Shown piece after piece: positions 24,791 through 39,133 of a DNA stretch of 64,000 bases. The first letter of the stretch is position 1. Each line of letters starts with the position of its first letter. A model generated the notes under the pieces. It did no database searches. It worked only from the letters and a program-made list of their open reading frames with translations, and had not been told where the DNA came from. The position numbers and the translations under genes are program-made. Source of the stretch: Trichoplax adhaerens (Eukaryota; Animalia; Placozoa); NCBI RefSeq assembly GCF_000150275.1, contig NW_002060949.1, forward strand, positions 3,726,449 through 3,790,448, given 5' to 3'.

Positions 24791-26373
24791 TTATACTATA
24801 GTATTCGGTCGTTGGAACTGAATTATTTGGTGATATAGCTAATCTCGCTTCTTTTAAGTCAGTAAGAGGCGTTCTTCATAAGCATTGGCGTTGTGTAGAC
24901 TACTTTGCCACTAGTGATGTGTGTAACAACAGTATATCATTGAACTACCAACTTAAATGCAAGGGAAGGCTCGATGAATCGGCAGTAGTGGGACTTTAGT
25001 TGTTATACAGAGAATTATACAGCGTATCAGAAGTTTGCTATGCAGTTCTAAGACTAACATATTATTCAGTAGATCAACATACTAACGTACAATGTACACC
25101 GCAGTAGAATGCTTTAGCAGATGGAACATCGACCAACTAGTAATTAATAATCGTTTGGTCAACGGTATCGCATTCCATAATTACATCTAGCATATTGCTA
25201 TATTATTCGCAAGACAAAATTATTTATTTTTAGAACGTAAGATGATTTATTAACATTGAATAGGAAGTTATAACAGCGCCAGCACGTCGAAGTTTACATG
25301 CAATATTTATATGCACACCATGAATTAGTTGCGCCGGATTGCATTCAAGATTGATTTCTAAAGCGTAAGCACATATTTAGCAAAGCATCCTATGCATCTA
25401 AAGATTTAGAAAGTGTAGTATCGTATGGTGTAAGATAAAAAAATGAATTTTTTGCGGTTAACAAGCAATTGACTACAATTTCCAGCTATTATTATTATAT
25501 CAAATCGTCAGATAGTTTGCAATGGCAATGATCATAGGTCAACGACATCTATAATTTCACAGAAGTGTCAATTTCGCTATATGTAGACATATACGCATTT
25601 ATTTTTAATCGCTAAATTTATACATTAAGAACGAATAAATATAAGACATTCTTTGATTAAAGCATACTGTATAATCGGTGAATTTTCGTGCAAAAATCGG
25701 AATACTACAGCTTTAATAGCAAAATTTAGGGTATGTGCCTAGTTTTTTTGTCCTAATAATACTTTGGAAAATTCACAATACCTATGCGAAGGGTAAGCTA
25801 TGAATCTGTTTAGAAACTAAAATACAAGGGTAAATTTGAAAAATTGCAAGGTTATCATACGTAAGCTCATATTATCTTGTTGTTATAACATATGATATAA
25901 ACTCCTTTTGAAGTCATGTCTCATATGCGTAGAACTTTTACTGGTGGCATAAATGTACGAAGATGTATATTTACATAACAGACTAGCAGTTTTTAATTTG
26001 TTTTTGCTTAACGTGCGAGCCTACGTCAGTAAAATATTAGTTTCTATGCGTACAGGTGCTGAAAATGAATTTACTGCCTAATATTTTATTGATAGATTAA
26101 GTATGTACTTGAAGCTGATTCAATCAAGCTTTTCAAATTTGTTACTCGCTTAGTTGATGTTATTATCTTTAACAGAACTCATTATGATACAGCTTGCTGG
26201 TATCCAAAAACTTATTCTAAAGTACTACAGCGAACATCGGAGTTATGCAAGGAAGTCATAGCTATACGGACGCCATCTACGTAATGCATTTGGTTATCTC
26301 TTGATATCTATCTTACTTGCCAATGTATCGTAATCTAGTACCGCATGTAGTCTAAAGGCGAAAGTTCAAATAA

Positions 26374-29300
26374 TTAATTATAATCTTGCTTAGCTTTCGT
26401 TAGATTTTTCGATTTAGCAAGGTCGATTTCCGTGTTCGAAACTTCGTTAACTTTTCGAAATTTTCTAGTTAAACTTGGTGATGCACTTGCCTCCGGAGGA
26501 AGGAAAGGTGGAATTACTTTTGATGGACTTCTGCTGGTGCTACATCGTCCTCCAGAAATGCCCTGACTTTTGCTTGTTAGAAATCTAGCCTTAATGTCAC
26601 TTTCAAATTCGGTATTTGCTAATGATTGCTTTCCATTGATAGAACTGCTCGAACCAGGATTTAATTTGACATCCTGGGTTAAGCAAGGATCGTTTGACTC
26701 CTTACTGGCTAAACTCTGAGTAGAAGTAGTACTACTAAAGGAAGAGCTATTAGCTCTTTTCGACATTGTACACTTATTATCAAAATCATGAGCTACCCAT
26801 GAATTGCGATGCTCGATACTTTGTGAGACGGGCAAGTAGCAGAGATTGCTGGCTGACGATTTTGGCCCTCCAGATTGATTCCTAGGATTATTCTTACTAA
26901 CGCTATCATTTCTAATATCGTTATAAGCGTCCATTTCGATATAATCAGCGAATTCTTTCTTACCACTTGTATTATTTCTATCATCTGATGTTTTATAGTG
27001 TCCAACAGAATTTTTACGAAAATCGATATCAATGTAATCTGATGGCTTGCTATTAATATCTCTATCCGGTTGCATGACCGTATAGTGGCCGTACTTTTGA
27101 CTAATTTCTTCCTTTTTGGCACAGTTGTACACATGGCTTTCATCAGTTTGCGATGCTACATCAACGTATACTTTAATGGTAGGTTTTACTTCGGTTAGCT
27201 GCAATTTTGAACTATCTTTGGATGCATTAAGAATGTTGACAGGAGCATTAGATTTATTATGATTTCGTTCCGATTGAAGAGATTGATCAATGTAATTTTG
27301 AGCTATCATATCATAATAATCAATCTCTGCGCACTGTTTCTCATTACTAGGTTCCATGTTTATGTAATCTGTTTCATCATTCGTCCCGTCGGTTGTTATT
27401 TCAATATTCATGTAGTTGGTAGATTGAGGCTTTACCGGTTCCATATCGACATAATCAGTAACTTTTGAGTTTTTATCTAAAGGCGCCATATCAACATAAC
27501 CGTCTGCCGCTTTTGTGTTTATCTGAGCAGCCACGGGTTCAATATTTACATAATTATGTGATGATGTACAACTTGTCGCTAAAGAAACTTGATTAGAATC
27601 GTCAGACTGAATTTGTGTACTAGACATATTGACGTTATTTCCGCTTGTGATGCAGGTTGTACTGTGCGTCTTTAGTTTAATATTGTCCACACTAAATCCT
27701 TTCTCTTTAAAAACAGCTTGCAAACTGATCCGGTCATTTGGTAAACTGTGACTTAGAAAATTATATGCTTTGTTTGTATCTTGCCTGAGATTAATTTCTG
27801 AGTTTTTACTTCTTAAATTGGTATCGGAAACATTTTTAATTACTTTCCTTTCTTGATTTGTTTCTCTTTGAAACCTTAAAGGGCGATCTGTTTTCGCAAT
27901 TGAAGGGTCTCTTGGTCTACCTGACTTAATATCAGGGTATTCTGAAGAACTATTAGTCGATTTTGATCTTATGCGTGGAAGGAAATGTGAGAATGAGAAT
28001 CGCTTGGATATTCTCTTACTACTTCTATGCAACATATAAAAGTCGGCCCCAGTCAATGTACTTGTAGTAGATGAGATAGTATTGAAATCAATGTTGCTAT
28101 CATTCCGTGATAGAGCACACGCATCTGCAATCGGAGTTGTTTCTAGTTTATTTCCTTTCCATGTTCGCATAATTCTGCCAATCCAAATAAACAATTGATT
28201 GTTATGAAAAGAAGACAATTAATTAAAGTTGCATTGATTAACGTAAAACGGGAAACACTATTTTCTTTACTACCTTATAGCCTTTGCGTGTATTCTTTCG
28301 GCTATTATTTGATCATCGACCTGCATCCAGAGTTTACCAGGACCGGTACATGCAGAATGACCATTTTCTACAAAGAAAAATTGCCCGGCATGGCCGCATC
28401 GCCTTATATATAAATATTTTAAAACTAAAGGGTCGGTCGTATCTGAAGAACCTAAGCGCGTTAATTTCATCTCTGATGGTAGCATCTGTAGACTATAAGC
28501 TCCGGCCAATTGTTTGGATTTGGCAACATCTCGGTCAATTACTGTCACTTGCCAGCAATCCTCTAATCAAATAATAATGAAACGTCAGAATATATTACCT
28601 ACTGTTCTTAATTAAAGTATTTATTTTTACGGATTGAATCATTTTAACGTAGAATTTATCTTGAATTATCTGTGTAAATGATAATAATGATTGCAATCTA
28701 ACAATTAAGCTAGATGATTGATGTAATAACGAAAAGAAATTGTTATACAATCGTATCGCATTGTAGATCATTATCGTGGCGATGTCGGCGGTAATCATGT
28801 AGGCAAAAAGTTAGCTTTTAGAAGAATAAATAAACAAGGATTGTCAATGGTTCGTAACGCCAAAATTTTTGGATAGTATCTAACAAGCGATTCGGTAACC
28901 ATTTGTGCAGTACTAAACTTAAAAAAATTTGATTTTATAGGGCAAAACCTAAAAACCTAGAGGAAGAGAGAATTATTTGCGACTATTCCTCTGTGGTAAC
29001 CAGCGATTCTTGAATGGCGAGACTCATTGCATAGCAACATCTGGCAGTAAATAATTACAGAGTTATGCGACTTTTGTTTATAGTATAGTATACTGTACAG
29101 TGTATTGAACTTCTAAATAGGTCATAGAATTGTAATTAGTTACGTTATTTGGAAAGAAAACTGATAACGAGATTGTATTTTCTGCTATAGTATCGCATAA
29201 AGCAGGTATTTAAGATACACAAGTCACAGAATCTCCACTGCAATCGCTCTCGAACATCTTAATTAATCGCCAAAAAATTCAGTGCAACATTTTGACATTT

Positions 29301-31006
29301 TGTAAAGTACATACAGTGATTACAGTAAGAAAATTTAGCTGAAATGGTATATAAATTTTCTTATCGTAAAGAATGGCCAATGGATTTTAAATACAGAAAT
29401 TAGTGACTTTAGAATATACAAGTATAACATTATCTATCGGTTCATCTTAAGAATATTAAAAGGAAAAGCTATTTGAAAAATCGTGTAATCGTATAGACTC
29501 TGCTTATTATTTCAACGAGACACTATAACAGATATATTTACATCCCACTATAACAGCTGCTTCTTCTATCATTGTCTACATAGGGTGATATATATATGAA
29601 TAATTAGGAGTTATTTAAGGCTGATAGAATGGTGAATATATAGATCGATATATAATACCACTGAATCCTTTTGACACCCTTTCAAAATACCAAGATCTTA
29701 ATGTATACGATCGATAATGAAAATTGTAAGCGTATGATCTCCGAATCTGATGGAGACCCTACCATCAGTATTCAATTATATTAGACCTCAATATTCATGT
29801 AGTCTTCTGCTTTGATAGATATCATTTAATTATGACATTAGAATACGTAAATGTTCAAATATCTTTAAATTTTAAAATGAAATTTTACGAAATCAAGTTT
29901 AATAAAAATGATCTTATTCCATAAATACTCGTAGCTATGTGCTAATGAAGGCTTGAAGTATCCAAAAGGATATTAAGTATACCTCTGCGCTTAGTATTTT
30001 AGTAATAATTTAACACTGTAAAAGCGAGAATAGAACAAAAATTCAATTGTGTTGATAAATGAAATACGAAAGAAAATTTGGTTGACAAAGGACGTTTAAA
30101 TGGAACACTAAAATCGAAAATTGTCGATCTTGAAGTGGTTTAATGTCCAATATTATTATTGAACTACAATTTGTTATATTGTATGTCCCGTACAATCTTC
30201 AAATTGGAGCTATCACTTCTTTAAAATCTCTTTCAGTAGAACTCATTAATAACTTTTAAGTACTTATGTATAACGTTACTATGTCCTAGTAACACCTTTA
30301 CCCATATTATGTAACTGTCATGGTAGTTACTAAGCCAAGTTGCTTCTATTCAATTATAAAACATTATTTTTTCACATGCTGCATAGGGTAATAATAAACT
30401 TACGATTATCTCTCGAATTCTGACTATCTGAATGTTTCACTTCATCAATCGCTATCAGCCAGCTTTCTAGTTCTTCTCTTGCTTTAGTATATAAACTATA
30501 ACAATATTCTTGCGTATAAAATGACATAGTATATGGGTATTTACTGTTTGCCATTTTGATAATTTTCCAGCAATCAGCTAATCTGATAACACGACGTGGT
30601 AAAGCATTTCGATTAAATTTCTTCTCGTTGTGATAGCATTCTATCCTACTCGGACCAGAATTAGACTCGTATCGTAAAACATAATATCGTTCTCTGGAGT
30701 TCTAGTTAACGTAGAATAACATGGAAAATTCGAATTAATATCTAGTAATATGCGATAGTTTCTAGAGGCACCACTACATATACTTTAAGATGATGTCGAT
30801 TTTAGTACATGCTTATATCCAGATATCGTTTGTAAGTAGAAGCAACCATATCGTAATACATGAAACAAAATAATGTATTTTACTATAAAAGGAATATTTT
30901 GTCTAAAAGATGAGTCACTATGAAAAATCATTACGTTAGTAGAGGTACGACTTACTTTAACTTTTTTCAGGTATCCACGTTTTCTAATATCGGTACTTTC
31001 AGCCAT
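26374..31006 (-). CDS. IRS: Insulin receptor substrate (IRS/chico-like): PH + IRS-type PTB + Tyr-motif tail, 4 exons, ~812 aa
   Basis: Exons 31006-30956, 30701-30404, 28562-28274, 28174-26374 splice in frame. PH: IRKRGYLKK..RYYVLR..RIECYHNEKKF..ESWLIAI. PTB: WQVTVI..IRRCGHAGQFFFVENGHSACTGPGKLWMQVDD. Tail: YVDM x2, YINM, YYDM, YTVM, YIEM, YVNI, YMNI, YIDIDF. Confidence 0.94.
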
Positions 31007-34000
31007 TTCTTGATTTAATTACAACAGTACGAGTACAGCTTACCAGTTAAGATATTTAATATACAGGGTGATTACAGCTTGTGATAACATCAAAACGAAA
31101 TCTCGATAATGAAAATACTCAGACTTTGGCGAATAGATCACAAGAAATCCTTTGAATAAAACTACGTAATGGATAGGAGTTACTCATATAATGTAGTGAA
31201 AACTAAATAAAAAGCTTTTTCAAAACTAACAAGTCGTTATCTTGGAGAAAGGGCCTAGGAAAATCTTTTGAATGTAATTTATTTCTGTCTTAATAATTAA
31301 AATCTATCCAGAACAAATTGAAAACGAAAATATAGAGCTAAAATTTTTAATTAAAAGTTATAGGAACATGATCCCCAGAACGAATATACGCACAAGATTG
31401 CGTTGATATTCAGAATTCTAAAGAGGGAAAATAATGACGTTAAAGAGATCTATCAATAGAATGCGTAAGTAATGGAAAGTCGTTAGATAGGTGGTAATTA
31501 TACTTCGGTCATAAAAACCAAATACATAATCATGGCTAATCGAAAAAATTGATTTAATAACGTTAGCAAGTAAAAATATGAAAGAATTCAGTCTTTGATG
31601 AACTTTTGCACAGTTTTAAAGACAAAAAAAAAGTAACGCCAAGCACATTAAACAACAGACCAGTTAACCAACTTGGCTGACAGCATTTTCGGTTTTGAAA
31701 ATGTAAATAGCGAGGGAAAATTGAAATTTTGGTATAAAGAATAAGCCTTAAATAGAGCAAGGAGAGTTTAAACTGAAAATTAGAGACTCAAACTATGGTA
31801 AGAAAGTTTATGAAGAAAGAATAAAATACTTTCAATATTCTGCCGCTATGGAGTCATTCAATTTTAATTTGCATTGGCCTTCCCATATGTAATGTCAAAG
31901 TAAGCCTCTATTTATGATTCTCTTTGAATGACAATGAAAGTCGATGAAAGCATAATAAAATAATAATTAAGGCGAATCAATAAACTTTTTCAGATCATTA
32001 TAACCGTTTAACACCTATAGCATCAGTAGAAAATCATAATTATAAAATACAATATTGCGACACTTAATTTAATAGGTTGATAAAAATACAGCGATGAACG
32101 GGAATCAAGCTAAGCGGATGCTATGACTTTTATACATTCCAGAGCATAAATGTTTGTAGTATATTGTTTCATAGTCAAATACACCGAGGCCATATTCTTC
32201 TTGAAAAATTTATGATCCTACAGTGCAAACTGTTATATGATGTCATTATTCTATAACGTTTCTGTCTACTACACAATTAAAGACAGGATCCTAACTACGA
32301 ATGATAAAAATCTCGAATGTGTTGATAATTATTAATTAATGTCCATTGTTTTTTTTATAGAGCATTGAGAATAATGCTCAACGTTGGCTAAAATTAAAAA
32401 TTTTAATGACGTAACTCGTTTTAAGATTTTATTCTTTGATTGAGTGATAAAGTTTATAAAAGTACTTAAGAAGATCATCTAATTTCAACTAATAGAGTAT
32501 AAAGCGTTTGCGAAGTGCAATCGTGAAAATTATAGCTTAACTATTGCACGCGTAAAAAAAATCAACTAAAACTATGAATTTATAACATCTTTAAGCTACA
32601 GTATTTGGTAATGTTTTGGTTTTGCGATTGCTGATTCCTCAAAAATAAGTAAGGCTTCGTCTACTAACACAGTCTGTGATATTAATTTTATAGGATATAT
32701 GTATTTGACTACACCTAATACTCAAGAAGCACTGTGTAAATATCAATATGAAAGCTAGTATTACATAATATAATCGATAATACCAGTAGGCCTTTTAAGA
32801 AAGCGTTATTCATTCTGCAGTACGTGGGCATATTTTATGCATTTATAGCAGTCCAATACTACAGTACATTATAATATATATTTCGTAAAGCCGCATCAAT
32901 GCTGCATCTACTAGAAAGCATTTGTTGTACTAATTTATGCGATAAAAATTTGTTGAGATAAATATCGTATTTACTATTCACTTATGTATATTACGAATTT
33001 CGACTAGCACTGTCAAATGTATATACACGTAAATTTAAAAATATGTTATATAATAGTCTATATCTTATATAGTAACATGTATCCTCAAGTGAAAGGGAAA
33101 CAAATGAATATTGACTTCTTCTCCATACTGTAATATGATAAAAAAATAGCTAGATATCTTGATGCTTGCTTTAGATGTTTCTTAATTAATTGTCTTGCAC
33201 TTTGAGTAGATTCTATAGCATTAGCAAGATCCAATAATCGTTTACTTTTCAGAGGGTTTAGAGTGCAGTCTACCAGATTTTAAATATAGATGTCGTGTAT
33301 CGGCTATAAAATGCACTTTTACCAGTTTGTTATGGAATCGGGTTAATCACTGATTAATTTCTGACGGTTCGAATTTAGCCTCCAATGTGTAATAGGTTCT
33401 TCACATACGCTATATGCGTCACTAATAAAAAATGAAAACTTATATAGCACTCGTATTGCCAAGGAAACTGAATTAAGCAATACGAAATGACATAATTGGT
33501 GTACTTCATATCGTAAGCGTAATATGGTTAGTAAAATTTCTCACTGCATATAACTTATAACCTTTTGAAATCCCTCGCCTATATATGATAGCCTTTAGCT
33601 GCTGTGGTATTTTAAAATAAAAATAGAGAACGAGAAGTTTTTACTGATTCTATTCACAGTAAATTAAACCATGGTCTACTTACAATCTTCTACGACATTT
33701 ATATTTTTTAAATTAACCTAGGTGTAAAGCAGTAAATACAATTATGGATATGTGATTAACGGCATAGGCAAGGTATGATATCAAGTGATCAGGCTATCGG
33801 CAGAGCCATTACTCGTCCGAAAGATTTTAGTAACGAGGCAAGAACGATTCTAGAGCCGCTGCCATTTTTTCTACCCCTACATTAATACATTATAATATCT
33901 TAAAGATATTGTTATAAGAACTTTAACTGATTTACCAAATGCTATGGACAATCTGCCTACAATCTAACTATATAACTCATTGCAATATAATCTATGATTT

Positions 34001-34949
34001 ATAACAAAATTGTTCCTTGTCCGCGCCATCGAGCAGCTAGATTAAACTTTACTGACAGTTACAAGTATGTAATAGAATTGATCTGATCGGATTTAAGTAA
34101 CTATTCTTTACGTAATAACTCTATCTATGCAGAATAATGGCAGTTATACATATGTTTGATGAAGTGTCTTAAAAATAATAAACAAGAACTACAGTTTCTT
34201 GTAAATTTCACTTTATTACAGAAATTGGGTTCGTCTGATAACTACCAAGGGCTATTTGGCTGCTGTCAGACTATCTAAATTATTATAGCAATATTCATTA
34301 TTTATATATATACAATGCGTCATAATTTAAAAATTAAGATAATTTAGGGTTGTACTATATATAATATATAATAAGTCACTGGTAAAATTAACACTTAGTA
34401 GATTATAGTCGTAATTAATCAGCTGCCAAAATTAGAACTCCTTATAGTCATCGGAAACGAAATCTTCAAACTCTAGATGACCCAAATCTAACTCATTGTT
34501 ATTGCAGTGTGACTGTCTCGGCTGTTTTACTCTATTGAAATCATAATTTTCTTTTTAAAAGATATCTATCTGTCTGCCCGTCTCACCTTCACGACCTTTG
34601 TAGTAATAGCTGCCTGATATTTGCAGAACACAGGATAGTCATTCATTCGATCTCATAAAGATTCTGAACTATTGTCGCTACTCAAGTATGATACGATATT
34701 TAAGAGGATCTGTGAAGGGTTGTTGGCTACTTATTTACGATCATTTAATACAGGAGAACGAATTATTTTCTGATATGTATCTTAATTTGTACCAATGCAA
34801 AAAGAATACACGGGTATCTTTATCTAATAAATGTCTGATTTTATAATTTTGAGTTGCGATATTTGTAAAAATGTATTAGCTACAGCGACAAAATGATCAG
34901 CTACTAGAGATCTCTCTTCGTAAAAACATAGGATCATCGATCCATAATA

Positions 34950-34970
34950 TAATAATAATAATAATAATAA
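34950..34970. repeat. (TAA)n microsatellite
   Basis: taataataataataataataa. Confidence 0.8.
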
Positions 34971-35460
34971 CAATGATAACTTCAATACAACCACATTAGT
35001 TGATAAATAAATATCAAAGAAATAAGTCACAATCTGATTAAAAAGTGTAGGATACTAACTTGAGCCATTAAAATTCTTCAGTATTCTTACTGATATTAAA
35101 AATTACCGAACAAAGTGTACGCATGATACATTTGTTATTTCTAGACAATTTTTTCGGAAATATGTGCGAAATTTATAAAGCTGATGAAGCCTGTAAATTA
35201 TAGCATGGATATTTTTATGTTCCGTCAGTCTTGTGAACGTAAGGTAACATTGATATGCTATCGTATGATAGTATATTGATACTATATTGCGATCATAATA
35301 GATATATCATGAGTATTGTTACAATAGGCTTAATACAAACAGTTTAAACCCTAGTTTAGCTTATAAATTAAGGAAATGTTCAGTTTACAGTACTTGTCCT
35401 TCAGTGCTCTGCTGAGCATTTCGTGAACTAAGTTTTAAAAGAGAGAGTACGATAGCTTGA

Positions 35461-37840
35461 TTAATTTCCAATTCCTGCATACGGAGGTGGTGGAAGGTTA
35501 TCCTCTTTATCAGTATTATCTTCATCTATTTCATTCTGATATAATTCTTCGCGGTGACAATCTTCATTTGTTTCGGTGCTTACAGCGAGGTTCACTTCGA
35601 TATCATGATAGGACGGTAATACTTGCGATTCTGTATTACATGAAATACCAGGATATGGAGGTGGAGGGTCTTGAAGTCGATTCACAGCAATAGCTTGCTG
35701 TATTTATAATAAATAAATGGATATTATTAATATTAAATTTTATTATGACGCTAATCGTACATTATCAGAAACATCGGTTAACAAGTAGACAAGATTATTT
35801 TAATTACCTGGACTGAATCTAAAAATCTCTGTTCGCTCGAATACCGACAATAATAAATCAAGCTTTTTAAGCAAACTAGAAACGCTACTAGGTAGCAGCA
35901 ACATTCTAGCATATTAATTCCTATACTGGGCCAGTCAGTTACAGTAAAGCTAACAGACGTTCCAACGCAGCATAAAATTAGCCCAACCAAAGATGCAACT
36001 GATGCAATTGATGTCATAGCCGTATAAAAGTATAGCTATAAACAGACATACAAATACACCGATATAAATATGATTAAATAAAATTGAGATAAAACTTTTC
36101 ATTAACCGTGATAAGTGATAGGCACAACCTCAGAATTTAAGAACTAAATAAGTATATTTATTATGATGAACTTACTGCATAGTCTATAAAAACTAGATTT
36201 AGTAATTCAATTTTACATGCAACGTAAAATTTTAAGGCTTTAAGTAAAGTACGCATATAGCAAAAGGATAATTACCCATGTTTTAAGTATAACGTTAATC
36301 CGAAATGTTCCTATCCCTAGTAATCCAGCGATCAGTACCTATGATTAGGAAGTCGTCACTTTGATTAGATTTGTGAGCATCATAAGGATTAGATAGTAGT
36401 CGATTGTATATCCTATAATTTCTTTATCGGCAATATGTAAAAGTAAAGTAATAAAATTCTATAATAGCGAAATTTAAATTAGTAGCCGTGTACGAAAATA
36501 TTTTTCGTAACTTAAGGTTAGATTAGGTTAGGGTTAGTATTAGGGGTAAAATGAACAGCAGTATAAATTATAATTATATTGAGTTGCTATAATAAGTCAT
36601 ACAATTTAGTCTGTGTTATATATGACTTTTTCATATTTTATGCCTTAGTTACTGTGTGGTAGCATGTTACAGTACTTATCTGTTCACATGCATGGCTTTT
36701 ATAGCGAAAATACAGCGACTGATAAGCATTTAATGCGATATACTGAAATGCATTTAATCACATTTACCTACAGTATATAGTGGTATGATTGCAACAAAAA
36801 GAAATCAAATTACATAGCTACGTCCTTCTAGTTCTCTTTATAGCCGGTAGTTTCGGTGAATTACATACCGGACTGATATATTTAGGAAAGCTTAACTCTA
36901 CCACTACTATTCTACCACTGAGGCTTGAATAGTGTATACCCATTTATGTATTTTAAGCTGGGTATCTATAGTAGATTACAATATCGCTGCACACCGACGG
37001 GGAACGTATCGTAGAATATTAAAATTTTGGCACAATAAGATTACACAAACGTTGTTATAAAATGTGCCTTGATACTCGTATATCACATTTTTACTTCTAA
37101 AGTAAAAATTCAAAAATGAGTTTGACTTATAATACAATATAATTGGTATTCGATAGATAACTCTGATTTATATCCGAGGGCCTGACTGCATGTCGAGCCT
37201 TTAATAAGAAATTTTAGTCGATAATAAATCACTTTATAGTTAAAAGAAAGGAAATGTTGTATATCGGAAATCGGCATGACGTATATACATTGATGAAGAA
37301 TATCTGCTGATACTTGTACATGTTATCAATTATTTTTGCCCTTTATAAAAATATCATATTAAAATAGATTGTATTTGCATATTACACAGTACATTGGTTC
37401 AGTAAGTTTTACTACCGGTACCTTAGTACTATAGTAACGTAGGTACCTCAATAAAAATTAAAAATAACTTCTGACGGTTGAATATGCTATACAGTGCCAA
37501 TCAAGATATCTCTTTGTATATATAAGATCGATGGACATAGACTATCCGCTTAGGACAATTTAGAGCGACAAGATTACAATATCTAGTTTTTATAGTTCGT
37601 AACACAGTACTATCAAGTGATGAGAGATTAAAAGTCTATTTCACTTACCGTTACTCCGGCCCAAAATGAGTGAAAGAAAATATCGGTATTGGAGTTATAT
37701 CCTAATAAAGCCAAACATACAAATCCAAAAGTTACAAAGAGGACACCTTGTATTGTCAGGATAACTGCTAAACGGTAACATTGTCGTCGAAGTTTTAACT
37801 GATGATCGTTGGGAATTGAAATATTACTTTGTCGGTTCAT
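35461..37840 (-). CDS. CD20/MS4A-like tetraspan protein A with PPxY tail (ENTREP/FAM189-like), 4 exons, ~239 aa
   Basis: Exons 37840-37649, 36338-36276, 36035-35808, 35697-35461, all phase 0 with GT-AG. Reads TM1, then HSFWAGVT|VLIAGLLGIGTFR, TM3, TM4; tail DPPPPYP, LPSY, LPPPPYA. Confidence 0.85.
36491..36556. repeat. Short palindrome plus degenerate (TTAGG/TTAGGG)n tract in intron 1 of gene A
   Basis: tacgaaaa-tat-ttttcgta followed by taaggttagattaggttagggttagtattagggg. Confidence 0.4.
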
Positions 37841-38351
37841 AATTTTAGATTAAAACAAAGTCAAAATTATCAGGCACATGCAAACTATTTTAAGTCATCA
37901 TAGCCACAAATATCATCTGCGACCCTACCAAGTATCGTGATACAACAACAACAAAAAAATAAACCAGGTGCCTATTTCTATTGTACTATACTGAAGTCAT
38001 CTACACCAGTTAGTTTTGTTATAGTGTACCAGTGCTATTTTATATTAAGGTATTTTGGTCATTTATTTATTTTATTTTATTATGTATTTCTTTCCTTTTT
38101 ACTTTGTAATGATCCGCAGTTGCGTGGTTGCGCATACCGTAGTATATTACAGCAGTGCACCTTTATAAAAGCATAAAGGTATTGGTACTGCATTGGATTA
38201 CATTGGACCTTTGTTCTACGGACGTGATGTACACATAAAAGAAACTAAAATGTACGTCAATAATGATAACTAGCAACACAAACTAGATCCTGCATCCGAT
38301 ACGATTTTATAGTCTATATATGGATTCCATTAGCGTATTGTGCACTTCTTT

Positions 38352-39133
38352 GTAACCCACAATTCTGTGAGTGAGTGTTGAATTACAATTCATTAGTTAG
38401 TAGTAATTTTAATTCGTATATTCATATATAACAGACGTATCTAATATATATACTTATACAGTATACGGATATACTCGTATGTTGTATATTACACCGATTC
38501 GCAATGGACACAGTTAAAAAAAAATCATGCTTAGATAATTGCATATCATGCGATATAACGTCTTGATATAGGCTTATCTAAGCAAAGACTTTTTTAGCTT
38601 TATGTAATCTGACCCAATCTATTGTATAAGAGTATATTAATGTACGTATATATTGTAGCAGGGACTTGTAAGAGAAATTCCTGTTCCTACATGCCTTGGG
38701 CCCTTATGGACCCAAGGTTTCCGCTAAGTGCACTGATGGAGTAAACCACAATTCAGTGAGTGTACGCTGGATTACAATTCATTAGTTAGTAGTAATTTCA
38801 ATTCGTATATTTATAAATAACATACGTATCGAAAATATACACTTATCAGTATACGGGTATACTCGTATGTTGCACATTACGCCGATTCGGAATGCACAAT
38901 GTTAAAAAAAGTTATGCTTAGATAATTGCCTATCATGCGATATTATGCCTTGATACAGGTTTATCTAAGCATGGCTTTCTTAGTTTTATGTAATCTGGCC
39001 GGTCTACTGTATACGTATACGAGTATATTAATGTACGTAGATAATGCAGCAGGGATTTGTAAGAGAAATCCCTTTTCTCACATGCCTTGGGGCCTTTGGC
39101 ACCCAATATTTCCACTTGATTTACTGATGGAGT
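38352..39133. repeat. Diverged direct tandem duplication, ~389-bp unit x2
   Basis: gtaa(c/a)ccacaattc(t/a)gtgagtg..attacaattcattagttagtagtaattt at 38352 and 38741; colinear through acatgccttggg..actgatggagt. Confidence 0.92.

Noticed and set aside
33775-33894. Short ORF containing QAIGRAI, like XPD-family helicase motif VI
   Set aside because: No other helicase motifs or supporting exons; probably chance.
34433-34645. Acidic exon-like frame on - (ELDLGHLEFEDFVSDDYKEF*)
   Set aside because: No phase-compatible open upstream exon found.
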